NCBI GenBank assembly: GCA_973895155.1
Contig: OZ316892.1
Location: forward strand, 386,917-450,916
DNA: 64,000 bases
Source of the DNA: Marsupella aquatica
Taxonomy: Eukaryota > Plantae > Marchantiophyta
Reading direction: 5' to 3'
Shown: positions 39,685 through 50,471 of the stretch, piece by piece
Position numbering within the stretch: position 1 is the stretch's first letter
Layout of the letters: each line of letters begins with the position of its first letter
Notes under the pieces: generated by a model
What the model saw: only the letters and a program-made list of their open reading frames with translations
Told to the model about the DNA's origin: nothing
Database searches by the model: none
Position numbers and translations under genes: made by a program

Positions 39685-42678
39685 ATGACTGACCTTACGC
39701 CGAGGGAAGAAAGAGTGATTCAACGGGAGAGAGCTCGACTGTAGCAGCTCGCCGGGTGGCATGATACACAACGACTGAGAGGGGCAGAAAGAGCTGGTAG
39801 CTCCGAAACTGGAAGTGGCGTCGAAGAAGACATACCAGAAGAAGAGTCGGTAAGGAGAAGTGAGTCTCCAACCGACATGGGGGAACCAGAGGCACGGCCA
39901 GACGAGAGGCCAGGGACCAGATTGAGCCAGCGGTCGCGCATACATTACAAGGCATTTCATGGGAGAGGAGATGAGGATCCGGACGAATGGTTGGATGATT
40001 TCGAGGGAACCGCTGCAGCAAATGGAGAATCGGCCATCAAGATGCAGATTCTTCCCGGCCTGTTCAAGGGTGAGGCTAGGCCTTGGTACAGAGCATTAGA
40101 TGTGGAAGATCAAGCCATCTGGGATATCTTCAAACCACTCTTTGTTAAGGAGTTTCGACCCATTGGAACTTCATAACTAGCAGTGCTGAAGTTGGGACAA
40201 CTTCGGTTCAAGGAGAACAAATCCTTCAGGAAGTTCTTGCAACGCTTTCAGAAACTGGTAAGACGTACAAAGACCAATGCATCTGAAGGTATGCAACTTC
40301 AATGGTTGGTGAATGCTTTGCCACAGAAGATGAGTTTTGCAATTAGGAAGGAGAACCCGGAGACTTTAGCCGAAGCAATTAAGGATATTCAATTATACAT
40401 TAATGCAGATATCACAAGCCGGAAGAAACAGCTTAAGTCTGAGAGTTCCTCATCAGAGGAGGGATCACCCCATAAGAAAAAAGATAAGAAGAAGAAACAT
40501 CCCAAGAAGTCTAGAAGTGATAAGTCAAGCTCGGATAGTGGGAGTAGCAAGAGTGAGTCATCTTCTAGTTCTGAAGAAGAAAAAACTAGGAAAAGGAAGG
40601 GCAGAAGGAGAGGGAAGACGAAAGTCAAGATGGAGGCTAAGCCACCAAATAACATCGTAGCCCTTACCGAGCAACTTAAGGCTATCATTGTAGAGGTAAA
40701 ACCAAAGAAGAAGGTAGTACAGGAGGATAGCTCTGTATGGTGTGCCTTATGTTATAAAACCGGACACCATAAAGATGCGTGTCCTAAGCTTAATACTAAT
40801 CATGTTCGGCATGTGGCCGAGATCAGACCATGTCAGGGAGAAGTAGAGTACTTTTTGGGAGATGCCGCTGATAGTGTTTTCGGCATCAGTGAGACTGGAG
40901 CACGAGACCTATCCAACAGACCTGCATCTCTGTGGTCAGGATTAAGGAACAATCCAGGAGAGATGTATCCTCGGATTATTCAGAACCCGTCAGTACCTCC
41001 TAGGCCGAATGTGCAAAGATTTGCGGCGTGCTATAATTGTGGTCAACCTGGCCATTTTGCTAGAGAATGCCCGAATGCACGCAAACAGGGTGATGGACAA
41101 CCAGCTCAGCTATGTATGGGATGCCGACAGGAAGGTCATATGCTAGGGCAATGTCCTACTTGGTTGGCAGGCCTGGCCGCAAATCATAAGCTTTTGCCGA
41201 TCAAGATCTTACCGCCAGGTACTACCCCCGGAGGAGTTCAAATCAACCACATCGAACTAGGATGGCAAGAGGATGCCGAGGCAGAGTTCGTACCATCTGA
41301 TGATGAGGCCGAAGCCCTATCAACCTTCTCAGAGGAGGATTTAGATCATGATTGCTACCGGGTCTCTACTCGATCTACCAGAAGGAAGGAAAGGTGGGAT
41401 GGGCTGGCCAAAAATAAAGGGAAGGTTACGGAGGAAAGGATCGACTCTTCGTCAACATCAACAGAAGGAGAAGGGAGGGCTCCGGCAATACAGGTAAGCC
41501 ATGAGCCCACCAGTGAAACCAATCCTTCACAAGATAGCGACTTCAATCGAGATCATCCTAAGTTGTTCTACCCCTCTGTTACGGCTAGTGTTAAGGAACA
41601 ACTAAGAGAATTAGAAACCCTGGAGAATACCGAAGCCATTGCCAAGGATGTAAAACGAGCAAAAGCATTGTTTGCTTCGGAAGACCCAACAGCTGTGGAG
41701 ACTAGCGTGGCAAAACTGGCCGAATCCAAGAGGGAAACACCACCAGAAGAGAAGCCGATTGTTCCCTATGACCTGGCTAAAGATGTACTAGAATCTAGAG
41801 TCTCGGCAACAGTAGGTCAACTATTGAAAAATAGCCCGTACTTCCGGAAGCAATTAAGGAAGGCTATTCTCGGCAAGCCGAGATTACCCAAGGTAGCAAC
41901 CAGATCCGACGTACTAATGATAGAAGAAGATCAAGGAGCCCCAGCATTACCATTAATGATTCAAGGAGAATTATTACTACGGGTACCCATCGATGGAGGA
42001 TCAGGGGTATGTATTATGATTGATTCAACAGCAAAAGGGTGGGGTCTAACACCGGAGATGACTGGAAGAGTGTTGAACATGGCCAATGGATATCAGGTCA
42101 TTCCGACGGGAGTGTTAATCGGCATCAAGACAGAGATAGGAGGTATCTTCTTTAGCATTAACTATGTAGTAATGAAGCCGGTAAATCCTACGTCATTCCG
42201 GCTATTGATTGGTAGGCCATGGCTGTACCTAGCCGAGGTAATAGAAGATTGGGGTAAAAAGCAGTTCACTTTCGGGACCCCCTCTATCACGGTATCCTGG
42301 GACACTAAGGATGACCGTAGGAAAAGCATAAGGGAAGTAGATGGGTACGATAGTGGACTGGAGTCAGCCAATGAAGTACGTTGGTTAGAATGCCTCACTA
42401 ACCTAACCGAAGAAGGTGTCTTTGGACCAGAGGTACCCCCCAGCGGATTATGGCAAGAACCAATGGAAGGTGACTTGGAAGAAGAAGACGAAGAGGTCGA
42501 GGACTGCTTTACAATAGAATCCACCTTTTTAGCTGCAATTCCGGAGGAAGTTAAGGATGTAGACCAATTGGATGAAACGGCTAAGTGGGGAGCAGTAGCA
42601 GGGACAGTGGATTTTCTGCAGGCGTTGTGGCAGAGCCGACGGGGTCCACAACGCCATCGATCATCGGCAAGGAATTAA
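39685..42678 (+). pseudogene. gag: Gag-protease ORF, copy 2, with two nonsense mutations
   Basis: CAG>TAG at 39742-39744 and GAA>TAA at 40174-40176 relative to copy 1; natural stop TAA at 42676-42678. Confidence 0.92.
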
Positions 42679-45600
42679 ATACCAAGGGATCGGCATACAA
42701 GCCGATTACGAGGGCAGAACAAATTGAGGCCCTATTAGAAGCCGAGAGAGCACAGCGGCCTAACTCTCAGGAGCAAGAGGTGGATGAGATGGACAGACAT
42801 GATCTAGAGCCAAGGCAGGAAGGGGAGCCGACCACTAATTCAAAACCAAATAGACCGGTAAGGGGACAATCTATGGACACCAAGGAAGGGACCGACTCGG
42901 CTAGTCCAGCCGAGATCCCAGTTTATGGAGGTATGAGATTAGAGAGACTGGAAGCCGAACTGGACCCGAATTTGAAGAAGCAGATTAATATGATCCAAGC
43001 ACGGCAATATCGGAAGCTCGACTTAGGAGAGGGAAGAGAACTGAACTTAGGGAGAAACCTAGCACCTGAGCTCGAGAAAGAGATCAGTGACTTATTGATT
43101 GAATTTCAGGATGTGTTTGCATGGAGTCACCAAGATCTAAAGGGAGTAGATCCAACACTAGGGGAACATCGAATTGATCTCATGTTAGGAGCCAAATCAT
43201 TTCGACAACCAATTCGAAGGATGAACCCGAAGTATTCCCTGCTGGTCAAAACAGAAATCGACAAACTAGTGGAAGCTGGATTCATCACTCCAGTCCTGCA
43301 TTCAGACTGGGTGTCTCCAATTGTGATAGTTCCCAAGAAAGCTGGACCCGATGGTAAACCCAAGATCCGGGTTTGTCAGGATTACAGGAAGCTGAATGAA
43401 GCAACATTAAAAGACCATTTTCCTTTACCGTTTACTGATATGGTACTAGACATGGTAGCCAGTCATGAACTATATTCATTCATGGATGGATACTCTGGTT
43501 ATAACCAAATCAGGATTCGGCAGGAAGACCAAATCAAGACGGCCTTCATCACGGAATGGGGGATCTATGTCTTCAATCGTATGCCGTTTGGACTCTGCAA
43601 CGCACCAGCTATGTTCCAACGATTAATGGTGAACATTTTTCATGATTACTTGAGAAAGTTCATGGAAATCTTCATTGATGACTTTGCAGTATTCGGGAAG
43701 GCATCGAAACATGCTAAATACCTCAGGAAAACCTTCATGAGATGTAGAGAGGTGGGTCTCAAGTTACACCCAGATAAATGTTTTTTTGCAGTAACCGAGG
43801 GGGTGCTACTAGGTCACAAGGTATCAAGGAAGGGCATTGAGATTGACAAAGGTAAGCTAGCAGTATGGCTAGATATCATGCAACCTAAGAACATAAAGGA
43901 TGTAAGATCCTTCTTGGGATGCATTGGTTACTATCGCCGGTTCATCAAGGATTTTGCCAAGCTGGCTTTACCATTAACCAATATGCTCAAGGCAGGAGCA
44001 GACTTCGAACCCACACCCGAACGAGTCACAGCGGTGGTAGAATTGAAGCAGATGTTAGTAGAGGCCCCAGTCATGATAGCACCGGACTGGAACAAAGATT
44101 TTCATGTTTTTGTAGATGTCTCGGGCTTCTGTATTGGCTCAGTACTAAGTCAGTTGGATGAGAAAGGAAGGGACCATCCCATATACTTCGAAAGCCGTCA
44201 GCTTGCCGATGCCGAACGGAACTACTCTACCACGGAAAGAGAAGCATTAGGAGTCATTTATTCTTGTAAAAAGTTTAGGCATTATTTACTAGGGTACAAG
44301 GTAATCTTTCATACTGATCATGAAAGTTTGAAGTACCTAGTCAATAAGCCGGACCTTACAGGCAGAGTAGCAAGATGGATTTTGCTATTACAGGAGTTTG
44401 ACTATGAGCTGAGGATCAAGCCGGGAAAGTTACATGCCAATGCCGACTTCTTTTCAAGGATCACAGGTAAACCTGCCATGGATTGCATCGATGATCGATT
44501 CCCCGACGAGGAGCTATTCGTTGTGGAAATAGCTGGTACATGGTACCCTGAGATTTTACAATTTCTCAGCACTTCCAGATTACAGCCAGGATTAAGCCGA
44601 GAGCAAGCCGCAGTCTTTGTGCGGAAGGTCAGACAGTATCAGTGCATTAAAGGCATACTGCACAAGCATGGAATCAACGGCACGATTCAAAGGTGTTTGG
44701 AAAAGAGAGAGGTAAAACGAGTCCTACGGGCCATGCATGGAGAGGAGGCCGGAGGACATTTTGCCCCAGTAACCACGTCTAAGAAGATATTAAATGCCGG
44801 TTACTGGTGGCCCACCTTGCACAAAGGTGTCTATCAGTTTATCAAACAATGCGATCCTTGTCAACGAGAGGGAGGACCAAGGGCGTCCACCAGGCATCCA
44901 CTGCACCCTATTCTACCTCTGGCACCATTCGAGAAGTGGGGTATTGATTACATTGGACCTCTGAAACCACTGACCCACCCTCGACGGAACAAGTACATAA
45001 TCCTGGCTACGGATTATGCAACTAAATGGGTAGAGGCCAGACCAACAACGAAGGATGATGCAATTACTACGGCTAGATTCATGTATGAGCAGATCTTCAC
45101 CAGGTATGGAGCACCCCTAGAATTAGTTAGTGATAGAGGAACCCATTTTTTGAATGATATAATTAGTCGTTTAAATGAGCAGTATTTAGTTAAACATAGG
45201 CCTACTACTCCCTACCATCCAAAGGCAAACGGGTTGACAGAACGAGCAAACGGAATCATAGGAAAGATATTGAACAAGACAGTAGCTCAGAACAAACTCG
45301 ATTGGGATGATAAATTGTTTGCTGCTGTTTTTGCTTACAATCTGGCCTATAAATCCACTACCGGTCATACACCCTTCTTCTTAACCTTTGGACAAGAAGC
45401 CCTGGTACCCATGCAACTTGAGATACCGACATTTCAAGTTACAATTGAGGAAAGAGCCTCAGCAGAGGAGAGCCTAAAGGAGCGAGAATATAGGTTAGAA
45501 GCGTTAGAGGAAGCGAGAATGATTTCAGCCGAGAGAGTAGAATATAGACAGAACATCATGAAGCAGCAGTATGATAAAAGGTTAAAAGTAGTTAGTATTC

Positions 45601-45851
45601 ATACCGGTGATCTTGTGCTACTTTATGACAGTAGGTATAGTAGGTTTCCAGGAAAGCTTTACACTCGCTGGTTAGGACCCTTTAGAGTAACCATGATGTT
45701 CCCCAATGGCTCCGTGCAATTGGCCAACATTACGGGAGAGGTATATCCAGTTCGCATCCATTATGACCGCCTCAAGAAATACTATATGGACGAAGATGAA
45801 GTTGTTCGCGAGGACGCTTCACAATTAAGTGGGGAGCTATGTGATGCCTAG
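42585..45851 (+). CDS. pol: Pol RT-RNase H-integrase, intact frame, -1 relative to gag-PR; no chromodomain and no extra archaeal-type RNase H
   Basis: KDHFPLPF, YSFMDGYSGYNQI, FIDD, VDVSG..EREAL..TDH..ADFFSR, FPDEELF, H..GGHF..CDPC, GIDYIGP, SDRGTHF, ERANG, WLGPF; the stop codon lies inside LTR E. Confidence 0.96.
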   Translation: MGSSSRDSGFSAGVVAEPTGSTTPSIIGKELNTKGSAYKPITRAEQIEALLEAERAQRPNSQEQEVDEMDRHDLEPRQEGEPTTNSKPNRPVRGQSMDTKEGTDSASPAEIPVYGGMRLERLEAELDPNLKKQINMIQARQYRKLDLGEGRELNLGRNLAPELEKEISDLLIEFQDVFAWSHQDLKGVDPTLGEHRIDLMLGAKSFRQPIRRMNPKYSLLVKTEIDKLVEAGFITPVLHSDWVSPIVIVPKKAGPDGKPKIRVCQDYRKLNEATLKDHFPLPFTDMVLDMVASHELYSFMDGYSGYNQIRIRQEDQIKTAFITEWGIYVFNRMPFGLCNAPAMFQRLMVNIFHDYLRKFMEIFIDDFAVFGKASKHAKYLRKTFMRCREVGLKLHPDKCFFAVTEGVLLGHKVSRKGIEIDKGKLAVWLDIMQPKNIKDVRSFLGCIGYYRRFIKDFAKLALPLTNMLKAGADFEPTPERVTAVVELKQMLVEAPVMIAPDWNKDFHVFVDVSGFCIGSVLSQLDEKGRDHPIYFESRQLADAERNYSTTEREALGVIYSCKKFRHYLLGYKVIFHTDHESLKYLVNKPDLTGRVARWILLLQEFDYELRIKPGKLHANADFFSRITGKPAMDCIDDRFPDEELFVVEIAGTWYPEILQFLSTSRLQPGLSREQAAVFVRKVRQYQCIKGILHKHGINGTIQRCLEKREVKRVLRAMHGEEAGGHFAPVTTSKKILNAGYWWPTLHKGVYQFIKQCDPCQREGGPRASTRHPLHPILPLAPFEKWGIDYIGPLKPLTHPRRNKYIILATDYATKWVEARPTTKDDAITTARFMYEQIFTRYGAPLELVSDRGTHFLNDIISRLNEQYLVKHRPTTPYHPKANGLTERANGIIGKILNKTVAQNKLDWDDKLFAAVFAYNLAYKSTTGHTPFFLTFGQEALVPMQLEIPTFQVTIEERASAEESLKEREYRLEALEEARMISAERVEYRQNIMKQQYDKRLKVVSIHTGDLVLLYDSRYSRFPGKLYTRWLGPFRVTMMFPNGSVQLANITGEVYPVRIHYDRLKKYYMDEDEVVREDASQLSGELCDA
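42609..42668 (+). promoter_or_regulatory. putative -1 programmed ribosomal frameshift signal (slippery heptamer plus stem-loop/pseudoknot)
   Basis: G_GAT_TTT in gag phase (42609-42615), 5-nt spacer, perfect 10-bp stem 42621-42630/42646-42655, loop GCCGA complementary to TCGGC at 42664-42668. Confidence 0.75.
45827..45836 (+). promoter_or_regulatory. polypurine tract
   Basis: AAGTGGGGAG, 3 nt before the TG of LTR E, within integrase codons. Confidence 0.75.
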
Positions 45852-48800
45852 ACAGGAATCACTCAGCCGGTTAAGTGGGTAAAGCAGGAAGGCACCCTAG
45901 GAACACCTTAGTATAGTGACAAAACAAGGAAAATATAAACAATTAGGGGCAACCATGGAACCCGGGCAGAGGCCGGAGGTAAGGCTGAGGGTGAAAACCC
46001 GATTAGGGTTAGGGCGCGTTAAGCGTCGGCGGCTAGGAAGGATCAACGGGAAGAAGGACCGGCAGAGGAGAGGGGTAAGGAGCGCTTGCAGGAGATGGTG
46101 GCTCATTTGCGAGCACGAACTAGGCAGACGACTACGGGAGGCCAACTACTGTCAGCTGCTTAGGCAAGCACTCGGGGAGAGAGTAGATACCGACGATCGA
46201 CCTAAGGAGGGTATGAGCAACGTCAATCAAGCGGCACATTTCTGGGGATGCCTGTTCGAACGGGCAACTGAGTACATCAAGACTTACGAGGACGAGGAGT
46301 CAGAAAGGGCAGCTCGAGAACGGCAGGAGCTCGCTCGATTGTGGGAGCTGCAGAAGACGGCTTTCTTAGGAGGCGAACTCATCAAGGACGAGTTCCTGTG
46401 GACGCCTACTTCCAATCAACTCGACGATCTTCTGTTTTGCAAAGACAGCGTCGTCGGCATCCGAGAGGCCATCAAGAATTGCAACGACATACACTGGGAA
46501 TTAAAGGGTAGCACGGAAAGGTGGACCCGGGCAACGGTGCTAGGAGAAACCTCCACGGCAGCAGAGATGAAGAGGAAGGGAGCCGTCAACGATGAAGCCA
46601 CCCCGGCAAAAAGAACGAGGTCGGCGGCACCAAAGAAGCCAACCGAGCAGCAGAGCAGGAGGCAGGGAGAAGCCGAAGAGGAGGAGGTCGATCCCATCAA
46701 GGCCATTCCAACCAGGGATGACACCTGGAAGGGCTGGGCGGCAACCCTACCGGTGGAGGTGCAACTACATTTTGCACGGGAGGAGGATGCATGCTTTACG
46801 GCCATGCAGACCAAGAAGTACCAAGGCTTCATGGCCGGATCCGGCTTGGAGGCCTTTGTAAGATTACCATGGCTGAAGCCGGAGGTACCGGAGTCAGACC
46901 TATTAGAATTCGTGGGGTCATGGGAACCCGAGACCAATTGCACAAGGATATATGGGAAGGATTTCTATCTTACTCCCAAGGTAATTGCCGAAGTGTTTGG
47001 CTTGCCGATGGGCAATAAGACCAAAGTTGATACCAGGAAGACCTTGCCTGACAAGGAGTTCCGGTCGTTCCCCGGGCCATCAACGAAGAATGGCTTCTTC
47101 CGGAACACCTGCACCAACCCGCACATAGGAGAGATGATCGACTTCTTGCGGGTGACCATGCATTGTAACTTGCCGAGGGCAGAGATCGGCAAGGCACAGG
47201 TCTATCTGGCAGAAAGGCCAGACCCAAGCCGGGACTACAACGGGTACCTCCTCAACCAATTGAAGAAGATCTTAAAGGAGGAGCAGCAGGTAATCGGCAT
47301 GGGGAGCGTGTCGCGGCTTGGCTATCACATGCCGCTGTTGTGCCGGTATGCCAGAGGTCAGACTTTTGCCCCGGTACTTCCCCTGCAGGTAAGGGCACCC
47401 GAGGAAGCTCCAACACCGAGGCCGTTGGCTGAGAAGCCTCCACCACCTGTTAGTCCTACGATCGAGCAGGTGTTTAGGCCCAGGAAGGAAGACTTGCCGA
47501 TGCAGCAACCAGGCATGCAAAGTCTGCTGAAACTACTGGAGAAAGAAAAGAAATCGGCATCGGGAACAACAACAACAACGGCAACGGCAACAATGCAGGA
47601 CACTACTACAGAGGTAGGCCTACACCGGCTCACAAGAGAAAACCCCTTTGCTGGAGACAAGGAGAGAATCAGGCCGGAATCCAAGCCAGGTGTTCGAATG
47701 TACGTGGGAACCTCAAGCTCCGAATCTGAGGCAGAATTGCCTGAAGCTCCTACCGACGAAGAGGAGAGGGAGAAGCCGGACGTCCAAGAAGTAGAGGAGG
47801 CAGTGGAGGACTGCAGCCATGATAATTCCGGCTATGGGTCGGACCATCACGTTCCAGGAGTAAGGACCTGTGGCCGGTTTGTCCCCACACTTCCAAGGGT
47901 AGTGCGAGGGGACCCCAACCAGCAGAGTAGCCCTGAGTCTCCCCCACCAGATGTTGCTCCCCCGAGCTTCGACGGCATAAAACAGACGGTGCAGGAATTT
48001 CAGGAGCGAATCAAGCAGGAGGAAGAGGCCGCCCTGGCTAAGGAAAAGGATTTACCAGGAGGAGATTGGCCGGAGGACATCAGGCGGCTAGCCGAAAAAG
48101 GAAGCAAACCTCTAGCCACGATTGAAGAGATCCGCAGGACGGCGTGGGAGCAGAGGCCACGATGGGCGATGCCGATCACTTCTACTTACTCCACCTACGC
48201 TAAGAATAGAGCCATGGAGTATGGTGAGATGTGTGGGGAACTTGCGCTCGGCATCTTTGGAGAGGAGTTGGAGGTAGGACCCTTTTTCCATAGGGAGCAG
48301 TTGGAGAAGCACCAATTAGAAGAAGCGGTGGCTTTAGAGAGAAGCAAGAAGGACGAGGTCATTCGGCGGCTTAGGAGGATGGGAGCCGAGATTGAAGATC
48401 TAAGGGCGGCCAAGAAAGCCCAAGATGAACTGCGGATTAAACGACATGAGCTGAACATCATGCAGGGGCAGTTGGACGCCGCGCAGGCTGATAATCAGAA
48501 TATCAAGGATAAACTGACTCAGACGCAGGAAGAGTTGGCCGACACGATCAAAGAGAGGGAGAAGTGGAAGCAAGAGCTGAAGAATACAGAGGAGGCCCAC
48601 ATAACAGCCAATAGCCGGGCCATGGCGGAGACCCAAAGAAAGGAATGGGCGTTGAAAGGGGAGCTCGAGAAAATCCGCGGAGCCCTTGAGCAGAAGGAGG
48701 TCGAGTTAGGGAAATCCTATCAAGGGATTATGGCGCTGCAGCAGGAGCTTGCGTCCCTGACGGCCAGCTTCAAGGCCGACCTAAGGGAGAAGGACGAGAT

Positions 48801-50471
48801 GCTCGACAAACTTACGCCAAGATGAACCAGATGGAGTCTGTCATCATTGCAGAGCTCGACAAGGAGCTAAGAGCAACCCAGGAGGAGAGGGCTACCTTGA
48901 AGAAGGAATTGGAGGAAGCCCACAGGGAGCAGGAGGAGGCCAAAAACGAGCTGGAGGGGGCACGTAAGGACCTGGATGAAACCCAAGAGGAGTTGGAGGA
49001 AATCACGAGGAAGATGGAGAACCTACAGCGGCAGGCCGACAACCAAACAGAGCGGCTGAAGAAACAAGCCGCAGTATTTAAATGCTTAGCTGCAGCAGGT
49101 CCATCTCCCGTTGGGACAAACCAGTTACCAGGGGTGGTAATTGCCGAAGGACAAGCCGCGTCAACTGCACGAGTGCCGGAAGTAAGTGGGAAGGGGAAGG
49201 GACCAGCTCCCGAGCCACCAACGAAGAAGAAGCGGAAACCTCCAGGGTCAAGGAGTAATACGACTTCACAGGCCGTGGTGATCAAGGAGGTAGACCCAGC
49301 ACCGACCCCAGACAGGGTCACGGCTAAGGATCCAACTACCCTAGGGGAAGGGGAGGCCGAAGCCGAGGGAGTGGCTGAAGCTGAAGCCGTGGGTATTGCC
49401 GAGGCCGGTGTCGAGGCTGAAGCCGAAGGTGGACCCAGTCAGGCCGATGGAGAGTTGACTCGGTCAAGGGCAGGTAATTTGTCAGTAGGCGGGCCAACGG
49501 CAGTGGCTGAGGAGGAAGTGTTGGGGGCGTCCATTGAGGATCCACCACCGGTGTCGTGACGGTGCAAGGGCGCCGTTCCTTTTAGGGAAGGCGGACGTGG
49601 AGGGAGGAGGCGTGAGTGGGCAGGGCGGGCGCGGATCTCCACGTTTAGGATTAGGATCAGAACCAGGAGCGGCCCTGACACTTAGCTTAGTGGGATTGCG
49701 GTCCCACTGGTAGGAGCAACACTTGTGCTCCTGCCTTGCTGTACGTAGGTAGATTCGGGCAAGTAGATTACTGTTAAGTAGATTAGGCTTACGATGCAAA
49801 GAATGGCGGATCCACTACCAGGATAAGTACCTGGGCAGCGGGGAGCTCAGGGCCTCTTCTTTAGCAAGTTTTTAGTTTGCACCAGCCGGGCTGGGATCAA
49901 GTAGTACGAGAAGCTCTCGGTTAGTCATACAGTGACCCTTGTGTATATTCATGTTTCCTCATGCCTAAGAGCTGAATAGAGTTGGCCTCACGGCTTAGTT
50001 CGCAGAACTTGTGTATGAGATGTACTGTTTGTATGGCAAGTGCATGGTATGACTCAGTCAGAATGAGTCATTTTGCTATTTGTGTGTCGCATTAACTTGT
50101 GTGAAGAGTGCCCACATCAACAGAAGGAAGGAAAGTAAGCAGGGGAGTGAGAGTTGGATGTGTCGAGCTGAGAGAGGTCTTAGCGGCTTAACCAAGCCTA
50201 TTGGGGATCATTCCGGCGGCGGAATCCAAACATACCTAACAGGAAGACAGGGGAAGACAAGGGAAGGCCTATATTAGGCCGGCTACGTATCTCATGACCC
50301 GATGAAGGATCTGTCCAGTATATGTGTGTAAAATGTTAATAGTAGTAGTAGAAGGTTAGCAGCGTCCCATGCCGCTAAGCCGCGGAAACGGCCTCGCCAA
50401 GCACGAAACCTGCGGGAATCGGCTTGAGCTGGGGGGTTTCTTGGGTTTAGGGAGCCATGGGACGCACCACA
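45840..50471 (+). repeat. complete LTR E (4632 bp), 3' LTR of the full-length element 34956-50471
   Basis: TGTGATG...CACCACA; small indels relative to LTR D. Confidence 0.95.
45955..49559 (+). pseudogene. LTR protein copy with a 1-nt frameshift near 48806
   Basis: GCTCGACAAACTT versus GCTCGAACAGACTT in other copies; split into 969-aa and 245-aa ORFs. Confidence 0.88.
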
